Source of the DNA: Oceanispirochaeta sp. | GTDB taxonomy: Bacteria > Spirochaetota > Spirochaetia > DSM-2461 | DNA: 64,000 nucleotides | Assembly (NCBI GenBank): GCA_963666275.2 | Contig: CAXXOA010000001.1 | Span: 640,001-704,000, forward strand | Reading direction: 5' to 3' | In this document: piece by piece, positions 32,888 through 41,974 of the stretch | Position numbering within the stretch: the first letter of the stretch is position 1 | Layout: every line of letters starts with the position of its first letter | Program-made: the position numbers and the translations under genes | The notes under the pieces: model-generated | Databases searched by the model: none | What the model was told of the DNA's origin: nothing | The model's input: the letters and a program-made list of their open reading frames with translations, nothing else

Positions 32888-32976
32888 GCGCGGTAGAGGC
32901 GCCATGTCTGTTCCGGGCTCAGTAACCGGACCGGCAAGATCAGTTCCGACGATTGACACACCTGGCCTCCCGGTGC
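32888..32976. other. GC-rich self-complementary segment (candidate structured RNA or small ORF)
   Basis: GAGGC/GCCTC, TGTC/GACA and TCCGG/CCGGA pairings in an AT-rich intergenic region. Confidence 0.3.
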
Positions 32977-33033
32977 TATTTGATCCTTTAGAATTCTCAA
33001 AAATCGAGGGTTTAAAGGAAGTTGTCGTCCTAT

Positions 33034-34623
33034 ATGATTGACCTTGTTTTTCCGCCCGCAGCGTCGCCGACCTGCGTGCCTCTGGGGGTCTCTTTTCTGA
33101 AGGCCCATATCGACTCGGTTCTGGGAACCGATCGTCTGGCTGTACAGGATCTGAATATCCGGTACTGGAATTATCTGGTGGATCAGAATGATGATTACAG
33201 CAGCTACCAGCGGTTTGTAAAAGGTGAAACCGGGGCATTCACCCGGGACCTCTACGAACCTCTCCTGCCGGTACAGCAGGCTCTGAAAGAGGAGTCCGAC
33301 AGGATCCTCTCTGCAGTCAGAAGATGGCTGGATCGGGGGGAGCTGTCCCATGAGCTCTTGCAGCTCTTCTTCTTTCTGGCAGAGTCTCTTACGGTCCCCG
33401 GTGAAGCGGTCATGTTCTCCTGTCTTTTTCCCGATCAGCTTCTCTTTGCTCTGGGATTTTCCCGCTGGCTACATCAGGAGCGGGGGGAGCGGATTTTCCT
33501 GGGCGGTGCTTCGGTGCTGATCGTGGACCCTGCCGAACTGATGGCCCTGGCCCCCTGGATTGACGGTGTTTTTACAGGAGAAGGGGAGCGGGCAATGGAG
33601 ATTTTCCTCCGGGACGGGGAGAGCGCTTCGGTGCCCGGTTTATACCGGCGGCTGAACACAGAGATCCTCAAAGAAGAGCCTGCAAAAGTCCCGGTTATAA
33701 CTCAGATGATCCGTCCCGATTTTTCCTGGGCCACCCTTTCGTCCTATTATAACCCCGAACCGGTTCTGCCTGTGCAGTTTTCCCGGGGATGCAAGTGGCG
33801 ACGCTGCCGGTTCTGTGCCCACAACTTCTCTTTCGGCCGGTACCGCTGTATGAGCCCGGAGGCCGCGGTGGATATGCTTAGTGAATACGGCGATTCCCTG
33901 GGGGTACGGTACTTCTACATTACCGATCAGTATCTGGATGCCTCTTTTCTTGAACCCTTTGCCCTGGAGCTTCTCTCCCGGAAAATGGCTGTCCGTTATA
34001 CCTTTATGGGGCGGCCCGCAGAAGATATGACGGCGGAACTGATGACCCTGCTGGCCGATTCGGGATGCCGGTGGATCATCTGGGGCGTCGAGTCGGGGAG
34101 CCGGCGTCTGCTGGATACGGCCGATAAGGGAACCAGGCCGGAGGAAGTCTCCCGGGTTCTGAAGGATTCGGCCAGAGCGGGTATCCGCAATCAGGCTCTT
34201 ATGATTTTCGGGCTTCCCGGATCGGATGATCAGGCGGCGGAAGATACCTATACGTTCCTTCAGGAGAACCGTCCCTGGATTCACTCCCATACGGCCAGTG
34301 AGTTTCAGCTCTATAAGGGGACACCCTTCGGTAACCACCCTGAAAAGTACGGCCTCAAAGTAACAGGGACATCGGTCTTCTGCCGCATAGACGGCTCGGC
34401 CCTGGAGAGCGTGAAAAGGGAGTTTACAAATATTTCCACCCGAGAGGAGCCGGAGATTCTCAGAGGCCCTCTGGAAGCCGGTAAATGGAAACGCCGGGGT
34501 ATCTGGCTCTATCCTGACAGTTTCTGGAATGCCCTTCCTTCGGAGCACTATCTGATTCTCAGTGCCCGGGAGTGGGATCAGGACACTCCGGGGAATACTT
34601 TCCTGGATGACCGGGCCGGTTAG
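33034..34623 (+). CDS. B12-binding-domain radical SAM protein
   Basis: IDLVFPP..PLGVSFLKA; IFLGGA; GEGE; SRGCKWRRCRFC; GVESGS; IFGLPG; start uncertain (33022 or 33034). Confidence 0.85.
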   Translation: MIDLVFPPAASPTCVPLGVSFLKAHIDSVLGTDRLAVQDLNIRYWNYLVDQNDDYSSYQRFVKGETGAFTRDLYEPLLPVQQALKEESDRILSAVRRWLDRGELSHELLQLFFFLAESLTVPGEAVMFSCLFPDQLLFALGFSRWLHQERGERIFLGGASVLIVDPAELMALAPWIDGVFTGEGERAMEIFLRDGESASVPGLYRRLNTEILKEEPAKVPVITQMIRPDFSWATLSSYYNPEPVLPVQFSRGCKWRRCRFCAHNFSFGRYRCMSPEAAVDMLSEYGDSLGVRYFYITDQYLDASFLEPFALELLSRKMAVRYTFMGRPAEDMTAELMTLLADSGCRWIIWGVESGSRRLLDTADKGTRPEEVSRVLKDSARAGIRNQALMIFGLPGSDDQAAEDTYTFLQENRPWIHSHTASEFQLYKGTPFGNHPEKYGLKVTGTSVFCRIDGSALESVKREFTNISTREEPEILRGPLEAGKWKRRGIWLYPDSFWNALPSEHYLILSAREWDQDTPGNTFLDDRAG

Positions 34624-34798
34624 AACACATCTCTATATATCTGTTCCCCCCGTATGAGGAGCAGATAGGTTCTCACTTTTCAGGGAACCTATGCCTTTAT
34701 AGATGCTCCGATCATTTTCAACGGGGGTATTATATTCTATAGTAACCCGGGAATCCCCGAAGAAAGGGCAATGCTGTAATAGGGAAGAAGAGGCGGAT

Positions 34799-35377
34799 AT
34801 GGATATTCAGAGGTTTTACGATTTTTTAATGGAAATGGATCAGCTGAAAGGGGTCTATCGGAAGACCTTCCTTTCCGACGGCTCCCGGCATGAGAACTCG
34901 GCGGAGCACAGCTGGCATCTGGCCATGGCTCTGATGATGCTGCAGCAGGAGATTCCCGAAACAATCGACTTTAACCGGGCTCTGAAAATGGCTCTGGTCC
35001 ATGACGTTTGCGAAATCGGAGCAGGGGATATCTCGGTGTACGACAAGGGCCGGGATGAGATTCAGTCCTCGGAAAAAGAGTATCTTCTGGACCTGGCCGG
35101 GAGACATCCCGGGGCATTTACAGAGGATCTGTATCAGCTCTGGGAGGAGTATGAAGCCCAGGAAACTCCCGAAAGCCGCTGGGTTAAGGTTCTGGACAGG
35201 CTTCTCCCTTTCTGCCTGAATCTGGTTACCCGGGGCCGTTCCTGGAAGGAGCAGAAGGTCAGGAAACACCAGGTCCTGGCCATTCACGAACCTATCCGGC
35301 AGCAGGCTCCCCATCTGTATGAATGGCTTAAGGCAAAGGTGGACTATGCTGTTTCCGAGGGATGGCTGGATGAGTGA
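34799..35377 (+). CDS. HD domain hydrolase (YfbR/HDDC2-like)
   Basis: ENSAEHSWH, LVHDVCEIGAGD, LWEEYEAQETPES. Confidence 0.9.
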   Translation: MDIQRFYDFLMEMDQLKGVYRKTFLSDGSRHENSAEHSWHLAMALMMLQQEIPETIDFNRALKMALVHDVCEIGAGDISVYDKGRDEIQSSEKEYLLDLAGRHPGAFTEDLYQLWEEYEAQETPESRWVKVLDRLLPFCLNLVTRGRSWKEQKVRKHQVLAIHEPIRQQAPHLYEWLKAKVDYAVSEGWLDE

Positions 35378-35852
35378 AAAACCCGCTCCGGAAAATTCCC
35401 TGAGTAAAAATGAGTCTTATCACATACAGATAGGCAGGGCTGAGGAATTGATAGCCCTGTCCCGCTCCATCCGCTATCAGGTCTTTGTCCTGGAGCAGGG
35501 AATCCCCGAACATCTGGATGACGACGGACTGGATGAACTGTCCTGGCACCTTATAGTCTCTGACGGAACGACTCCTGTGGCGGCAGCAAGGCTCTACAGC
35601 CCTGAGGGAATCCATTCCGTTATGGCGAGAGTTGCGGTGCTGAAAGAGTACCGCCGAAGGGGAATCGCCGGCAGGATTGTTCAGAGCATGATTGAGTTTG
35701 CCCGGACAAGCGGCATTGCCAGGATTGAAATTCATGCCCATAAGCATCTGGAACAGTATTATAAACAGTTCGGTTTTGCCTATATCAGAGAGGCAGAGGT
35801 CGTGGGCGGACACCAGCTCATAGAAATGCTCTGTCAGATTGGTGAAACATAA
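35370..35852 (+). CDS. GNAT acetyltransferase (ElaA/YjcF-like)
   Basis: IRYQVFVLEQG, RVAVLKEYRRRGIA, YYKQFGF. Confidence 0.88.
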   Translation: MSEKPAPENSLSKNESYHIQIGRAEELIALSRSIRYQVFVLEQGIPEHLDDDGLDELSWHLIVSDGTTPVAAARLYSPEGIHSVMARVAVLKEYRRRGIAGRIVQSMIEFARTSGIARIEIHAHKHLEQYYKQFGFAYIREAEVVGGHQLIEMLCQIGET

Positions 35853-35879
35853 CTCCCCCGGAGATTCCCCCGGGAAGGA

Positions 35880-37025
35880 CTACGCTTTCCTCTTCAGGCT
35901 GACCCACCCCCAGGCCGCTGCGATGGCGGACAGAAGGATCACCTGAAAAAGGAAGGCACTCCCTACGGATCTGTCGGCGAATTCCCCTGTTATCAGATTG
36001 ATTCCCGCCCCTGTCACCCCTTCAATCACGGCATAAACCGATAGAGCCGTCGCTCTGTTACGGCTGTTGAGCTCCCCGTTTTTTATGCTGTAGGACAGGG
36101 GCCGGAAAAGGGCCGCTCCCAGAAGGATAAAAGCAATACTGCCAATGCTCAGGCCTATGGACGTGGTAAAACTCAGGATCGTTTCCGCCGTCAGGATAAT
36201 GGTGAATACAAGAACCGCCGTGCCTGCGTTTCCGATGCGGCCCATGAGTCTGTAGGTCATGGTTGCTCCCAGGGGGATCAGCTGCATAAACGCATAGATC
36301 ATTCCGAAATAGCGGACCGGGATACCGGCTTTTATATACTGGGCCTGATTCAGCATGACCCCGGCGGCGAATGCAATTTCGGAAATGACCGCACCGGCTA
36401 TGAGAAAGAGGATCATCCGGGGAGTCAGGACTGTGTTCCGGAAGGATTCAATCATTCCCATTGCCGGGGCTTCCGGCGGTTTGGCCGTATCTTTCAGCAG
36501 AAAGCTCAGTAGCCAGGCGGCACCATAGGGAAAAATCGTAAGGAACGCCGTGAGCTTCATGGAAACTGCCAGGATCAGGGGTGAGGTCAGAGCGGCGATT
36601 ATCAGACCGAAAGTCCCTGCCGCACTGACAAGGCCGTAGATTCTGGCTTTGCTGTCCCCACCGGAGGACTCGTAGAGCAGAGCGGAATCACAGCCCGAGA
36701 GGCCCGCAATGGATACAGCCAGGAAAATCCGTTCCAGGAGAAAGAGGGAGTAGCTGTCGGCGTAGAAAAAGACGATTTTGGAAATAAAAAAGACAAAATT
36801 GCTTATAATCAGGGTTTTTCTGTATCCGAATCTGTCGGCAAAATATCCCCAGGGTATTTCAAGAAGAAAAGTGAGGATCCAGCAGATCGATTCAATCTGA
36901 AGGATATCCGAGAGAGTCAATCCGTACTGCTGCCGGTACAGCGCGGGGATGGAGCAGTAGAAGACCATTCCCTGAAGGAATGAAAGGAGAGAGAGTACGG
37001 GTATATTCCGGTTTTTTACCATCAT
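35880..37025 (-). CDS. MFS transporter
   Basis: LEIPWGYFADRFGYRKTL; SGCDSALLYES; about 12 TM. Confidence 0.88.
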   Translation of the reverse strand: MMVKNRNIPVLSLLSFLQGMVFYCSIPALYRQQYGLTLSDILQIESICWILTFLLEIPWGYFADRFGYRKTLIISNFVFFISKIVFFYADSYSLFLLERIFLAVSIAGLSGCDSALLYESSGGDSKARIYGLVSAAGTFGLIIAALTSPLILAVSMKLTAFLTIFPYGAAWLLSFLLKDTAKPPEAPAMGMIESFRNTVLTPRMILFLIAGAVISEIAFAAGVMLNQAQYIKAGIPVRYFGMIYAFMQLIPLGATMTYRLMGRIGNAGTAVLVFTIILTAETILSFTTSIGLSIGSIAFILLGAALFRPLSYSIKNGELNSRNRATALSVYAVIEGVTGAGINLITGEFADRSVGSAFLFQVILLSAIAAAWGWVSLKRKA

Positions 37026-37237
37026 GAGTTCCTTTGGGGCAGAACTCTTTCATACAAGGCTTATTTTTTAACGTGAGAGATAGAGTTCTGCTCTGGTGTT
37101 TTTAAGTGAGATATTCCAGTGGGAACACTGGATTGGAACATATGACGGGTCTAAATCGGACTCATAGGGATATTGTCCTGCCAATTTCCCTGTGAGTCAA
37201 TATCTGTTCGTTCCTTTCCGGGCAAACTTCTGTCTTC

Positions 37238-37642
37238 TCAGGCTATCTCTGTGAGTCCCAGAAGGCTTTCATCCTTAATGGCCTCCAGAAACTCACGCAT
37301 TCCTTTAAAGGCACTGTCTCTGTCTTTCCCTTCCACAGCCAGGAAGAGGATGGAATCGTTCCGTCCGATCATCCCCATATTGTGCACCCCCAGGAGTCTG
37401 TTGAGGCTGTATCTCTCCGCAATCTCCCGGGCTTTGGCCAGAAGAATCTGCTCTGCGTCGGGCTTCTCTGCAAAAAGGCGGATACTGGTGAAATCGGCCA
37501 CTTTCTTTCCCGGATATTTGGCCTTGCCGTGGTGAACCAGGATGGTCCCCGTCGAGTCTGCCGGGGATTGATGAAACTCTTTATAAAGAGCCATATGATC
37601 GAGTCCTTCCGAGAGGGTAAATGATACGTCGTATTGGTTCAT
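37238..37642 (-). CDS. moaE: Molybdopterin synthase catalytic subunit-like protein
   Basis: GTILVHHG; GVHNMGMI...ILFLAVEGKDRDSAF...LEAIK. Confidence 0.6.
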   Translation of the reverse strand: MNQYDVSFTLSEGLDHMALYKEFHQSPADSTGTILVHHGKAKYPGKKVADFTSIRLFAEKPDAEQILLAKAREIAERYSLNRLLGVHNMGMIGRNDSILFLAVEGKDRDSAFKGMREFLEAIKDESLLGLTEIA

Positions 37643-37721
37643 GGGCAGCCTTCCTTAAAAGCATAAGATTTATTAATTCCTGACTATTATATTCAGAATA
37701 ACGAGAGGACTCAATAAATTC

Positions 37722-37807
37722 CTCCCTCTCCCCCTGAGAGAGGGTCGGGGAGAGGCCGGTTACCTGCCTGAGCAACAAACGAAGTTTGTGACCAGGGGTA
37801 CGGGAGC
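37722..37807. repeat. REP-like intergenic element
   Basis: CCCTCTCCCCCTGAGAGAGGGTCGGGGAGAGG hairpin plus a 26-mer that matches 62715-62740 exactly in inverted orientation. Confidence 0.75.
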
Positions 37808-37905
37808 TTGCATAGATCCTCTGCAAACTGTATTTTTATAAAAAAATAATTGTCTGATAATACTTGTCTCATAAAGTCGCGTCAGGATTTCCCCGAGGAA
37901 CTACA

Positions 37906-38769
37906 ATGATAGATTTACACGCTCATACCAACATTTCGGATGGTACCTACTCTCCGAAAGAACTCATAGAGACTGCTGTAAAGGCAGGACTCTCGGCTAT
38001 TGCTGTTACCGATCATGACAGCATCGACGGCCTGGCGGAAGCCCGCCGGGAAGCGGAAAAGCAGGAGATAACCCTGGTTCAGGGCATTGAGTTCAGCGCC
38101 GCCTACGGAGAGAACCGTTTGATCCATATCCTGGGGTTGGGGATCGATCCGGAAGATCCGGCCTTTCTGGAAATCTATACTGCCTACAGAAAAACCCGCT
38201 CTGAATCCCTGGACCATGTTTTTCAGAAACTGCCGGAACTGGGCATCTCCCTGACGCCCGCAGATGCGGCGCCCTATATGACAGGTCAGTATCCGGACCG
38301 TCAGGCTATTGCCAAAACCATCGTTGCCAAAGGGTATGTTCCTCTGATTAAAAATGCCTGGATGGGGTATCTGGATCATATCCCCTACAGGCAGGAGGAA
38401 CTGATTCAACCCAAAAAGGCTATTCAGGCGATTCATGCCGCCGGAGGAAAGGCTTTTCTGGCCCATTTCCATATGCCCATCGGTTTAAAAGGCTATTCGG
38501 ATCTGGAAGCCCGCCGGCGCCTGGGAGAACTGAAAGACTGGGGGCTCGACGGAATGGAGTACTATTACCCCTCCTATACAGAAGAAGATTCCCGGCTCTG
38601 CGACAGGTATATCCGGGATTTCGGTTTCCTCCGTTCGGGAGGAACAGACTTTCATGGCGCCAACAGAGCCCATATCCAGCTGGGAACCGGGGAAGGGGAC
38701 TTTGCTGTTCCCGATGAACTGCTGAACACGATCATCCCGGCAGCAGGCAGAGCTCTCAAAGTCTCCTAG
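37906..38769 (+). CDS. PHP domain phosphoesterase (TrpH/YciV-like)
   Basis: IDLHAHTNISDG, AVTDHD, IHILG, GGTDFHG. Confidence 0.9.
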   Translation: MIDLHAHTNISDGTYSPKELIETAVKAGLSAIAVTDHDSIDGLAEARREAEKQEITLVQGIEFSAAYGENRLIHILGLGIDPEDPAFLEIYTAYRKTRSESLDHVFQKLPELGISLTPADAAPYMTGQYPDRQAIAKTIVAKGYVPLIKNAWMGYLDHIPYRQEELIQPKKAIQAIHAAGGKAFLAHFHMPIGLKGYSDLEARRRLGELKDWGLDGMEYYYPSYTEEDSRLCDRYIRDFGFLRSGGTDFHGANRAHIQLGTGEGDFAVPDELLNTIIPAAGRALKVS

Positions 38770-38836
38770 AACACCCTGGCGGATGAAGAATCCGGCAGAA
38801 TGGAATACCCCCCTATAAAGGCAGGTCAGAAAAGCT

Positions 38837-39331
38837 ATGAAAAGGAATATCATCCTCATTGGAATGCCCTCCAGCGGAAAGAGCACTCTGGGAGTGCTTC
38901 TGGCCAAAAGGCTTTCCATGACTTTCCTGGATACGGATCTGCTGATTCAGAGCGAAGAGGGCCGCAGGCTCCAGGAGATTCAGAATGCCGTTGGAATGGA
39001 AGCGTTCCGGCTTCTGGAGGGCCGTATCATTGAAAATGTAGCCTGTGAAAATACTGTCATAGCCACCGGGGGAAGCGCCGTGTACTGTACTCAGGCAATG
39101 GCGTCTTTAAAACAAACCGGAACTACCGTCTTTCTCGATCTGCCTCTGGATGAGATCGAGACAAGGATCGGAGACCCTGCGGTTCGGGGCGTGGTCATGC
39201 AGCCTGGAATGACACTGGCAGACCTGTACAGGCAGCGAAGACCTCTTTACAGGCAATACGCGGATCTGACTCTCTCCTGCGGCGGTAAAAGCCATGATGC
39301 CCTGTTGGATGAACTGGCCGGACTGCTGTAA
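38837..39331 (+). CDS. aroK: Shikimate kinase
   Basis: GMPSSGKST, DTD, VIATGGSAV, RRPLY. Confidence 0.9.
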   Translation: MKRNIILIGMPSSGKSTLGVLLAKRLSMTFLDTDLLIQSEEGRRLQEIQNAVGMEAFRLLEGRIIENVACENTVIATGGSAVYCTQAMASLKQTGTTVFLDLPLDEIETRIGDPAVRGVVMQPGMTLADLYRQRRPLYRQYADLTLSCGGKSHDALLDELAGLL

Positions 39332-39353
39332 TATACTGAAAGAGGACAGGAAC

Positions 39354-40283
39354 ATGAACAGCGTAACAATTTTCGGTATCGGCGGCATTGGCGGTTATCT
39401 GGGAGCTGTCATCGGCTCCCGGCTTCCCGCTCTGGATCTGACTTTTATCGCCAGAGGAAAACACCTGGAAGCTATCAGAAATCAGGGGCTTACCTTCCGT
39501 CGGGACGGTCATTCCGACACCCTTGCCAGACCGGCCAGGGCCGTAGATTCCTCAGGGAATCTGGGGGTACAGGATCTCATATTCATCTGCGTCAAAGCCT
39601 ATGACCTGGAACAGGCCTGCCGGGAAATTGAAGAGCTTGTGGATGATCATACCGTAATCATTCCGGTTCTGAACGGCATGGATATCCATACGCGGATCCG
39701 CAAATTCCTCAAAAAAGGGATCCTCCTTTCCGGGGCAACCTATGTCTCCTCCTATATCGAAAAACCGGGAGTTATACGCTTTCAGACCGGCCGTGAGGTC
39801 TTTGTCCTGGGAAAGAGCCCGGACTGTCAGGATTTTAATCCCTCGGGTCTTCTGGCCTTTCTTGAAAATGCAGGAGTCCCCTTTCAGTGGTTTGACGATC
39901 CCCGGCCGGCCATCTGGCGAAAATACCTGTTTATCTCGCCCTACAGCCTTATGGGAGCCTGGAGCGGAAAAACCATGGGAGCTGTCCTGGCCGATCCACA
40001 GCTCAACAGTATGGTTCAGACTCTCCAGCAGGAAGTCTATGCGGTGGGACTGGCTTCGGGAGTCAATCTGACAGAAGATGATGTCCTGGATGCCCAGGCA
40101 TTTGCCCGGGGGCTGAACTATGAATGCACCACATCCTTCCAGCGGGACTTTATTGATCCATCGCGGAAAAACGAGCTGGATCTGTACGGATCAGCAGTGG
40201 TCCGTCTGGGCCATTCCCTTGATGTGCCCACTCCTCAGATGGAAAGAATCTCCCGGGATCTGGAAAAGAAAAGGGAAGGCTGA
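39354..40283 (+). CDS. panE: Ketopantoate reductase family protein
   Basis: GIGGIGG, ARGKH, CVKAYDL, LNG, WRKY, SFQRD, NELD. Confidence 0.85.
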   Translation: MNSVTIFGIGGIGGYLGAVIGSRLPALDLTFIARGKHLEAIRNQGLTFRRDGHSDTLARPARAVDSSGNLGVQDLIFICVKAYDLEQACREIEELVDDHTVIIPVLNGMDIHTRIRKFLKKGILLSGATYVSSYIEKPGVIRFQTGREVFVLGKSPDCQDFNPSGLLAFLENAGVPFQWFDDPRPAIWRKYLFISPYSLMGAWSGKTMGAVLADPQLNSMVQTLQQEVYAVGLASGVNLTEDDVLDAQAFARGLNYECTTSFQRDFIDPSRKNELDLYGSAVVRLGHSLDVPTPQMERISRDLEKKREG

Positions 40284-40469
40284 AACAGCGTAAAAACCGG
40301 ACAGGATCCAGCTTAGAATCAGGCCGCAATATTATATCCCGGAAAAAGCAATTTTACTTCCCGACTGAAGAGTCAGGAATCCCCGGGGATATGGTTGAAT
40401 TTCCCCCGGATACAACGTATAAATATACAATCTTTACTATACCTAAATTCGAAATTTTTGGAGTAACTC

Positions 40470-41498
40470 ATGAAAAAGTTTATAAGTCTTCTGATGTTCA
40501 TGACTATTGCGTTCTCTCTCGCTGCGGCGGGAGGACAGGAAGGTTCTTCTGCTGAATACCCGAAGGGAGCCATTACCATGGTTGTCCCCTACGGAGCGGG
40601 CGGTACCACTGATACCACAGGACGGAAGTTCGCCGTTGCACTGCAGAAGCAGCTGGGAGTTCCCGTCACGGTTCAGAATGTCTCCGGAGCTTCCGGTTCC
40701 GTAGGCGCCAAAGCTGTTCTTGATGCCAGACCCGATGGTTACACCATCCATTACACAGCCGACTCTCTGGGTACACAGCAGGTTATGGGAATCAGCGACA
40801 TGAGTTACGATAATTTTACTCCCATTATGGCTGTTGTGAATGATCCCAAAGTCATTGTTGTTAAAGGCGACTCCAAGTATCAGACTCTGGAAGACCTTCT
40901 GAATGACATGAAAGCCAATCCCGGAAAAGTGAAAATGTCCTACACGGGACCCGGCGGATCCGGTCATGTTCAGGCTCTGATTTTTGAAGAACAGGGTTAT
41001 GATATGGCCCTGACAGCCTATTCGGGAGGCGGAGACTGTATCATTGCTGTACTGGGTGACCAGGTGGATTTCACCAACTCCAACTTCTCTACAATCGGAA
41101 AGTACCTGGAAAGCGGTGACCTGAGGCTCCTGGGGATTTCCGCAATGGACAGACTCCCCGGCTATCCCGATGTACCCACCCTTGCGGATGTGGATCCCTC
41201 TTTTGCCGACTATCTATCCATTCCTTTTACCCCCCTGTCTCTGGTTGTTTCCAATGAGGTGGACCCCGCTGTGGTGGATGTCCTGCGCAAAGCCTCTCTG
41301 GAAGCTGTGAAAGATCCGGAATGGCTTGCTTTTGTCAAAGAGAAAAACCTGGACGAACTGTACAAAAAATATCCTGAAACTGATGATATCCTCAATTTCT
41401 ATGATGAATGGCAGTCCATCGTAACCTACCTTCTGTTTGATGCGGGCGCTACCAAACACGATCCCGCTGAATTCGGAATCGAAAGACTCAGTAAATAA
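40470..41498 (+). CDS. tctC: Tripartite tricarboxylate transporter substrate-binding protein
   Basis: YPKGAITMVVPYGAGGTTD, NVSGASGSVG, PDGYT. Confidence 0.9.
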   Translation: MKKFISLLMFMTIAFSLAAAGGQEGSSAEYPKGAITMVVPYGAGGTTDTTGRKFAVALQKQLGVPVTVQNVSGASGSVGAKAVLDARPDGYTIHYTADSLGTQQVMGISDMSYDNFTPIMAVVNDPKVIVVKGDSKYQTLEDLLNDMKANPGKVKMSYTGPGGSGHVQALIFEEQGYDMALTAYSGGGDCIIAVLGDQVDFTNSNFSTIGKYLESGDLRLLGISAMDRLPGYPDVPTLADVDPSFADYLSIPFTPLSLVVSNEVDPAVVDVLRKASLEAVKDPEWLAFVKEKNLDELYKKYPETDDILNFYDEWQSIVTYLLFDAGATKHDPAEFGIERLSK

Positions 41499-41500
41499 TC

Positions 41501-41974
41501 GTGGCAAAGCTGTTTCTCTCTATTCGCAGAAACAGACACGGGTATGAATCTGTAGTATTCGGTACACTGGGAGTTCTTCTCCTGGTGTACTCGCTGTACT
41601 CTCACAGCCAGGTGGATACTCCCTGGAAGCTTTCTCCCTATCTGTTTCCCGTTTTTATAGCAGTCCTTCTTGTTCTGGTCGCCATCTCTCTATTCCTTCA
41701 GGGCAGAGCTCCTTCAGAGAAGAAGAGGGAACCTCAGGACAGAAAACTCCCTCACCGGGTGGCAGGCTTTATGGGACTGGTTCTTGTTTATTACGTTCTG
41801 CTACCGCTGCTGGGGTTTCTCATCACAGATACGCTGATGCTGACACTTTTTATGCTCTATCTGGGAGTTCGTCCCTGGTGGAAGTCACTGATCCTTTCGG
41901 CAGTACTGACCGGAATTATATACGTGGTATTTCAGGTGCTTCTTAATGTGCGCCTGCCACAGGGGTTTTTCTGA
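41501..41974 (+). CDS. tctB: Tripartite tricarboxylate transporter small permease
   Basis: SPYLFP, LGFL, FQVLLNVRLPQG. Confidence 0.85.
   Translation: MAKLFLSIRRNRHGYESVVFGTLGVLLLVYSLYSHSQVDTPWKLSPYLFPVFIAVLLVLVAISLFLQGRAPSEKKREPQDRKLPHRVAGFMGLVLVYYVLLPLLGFLITDTLMLTLFMLYLGVRPWWKSLILSAVLTGIIYVVFQVLLNVRLPQGFF

Noticed and set aside
32888..32976. Lysine or THF riboswitch, glmS ribozyme, SRP or 6S RNA
   Set aside because: Only short terminal words match; internal consensus elements and lengths do not
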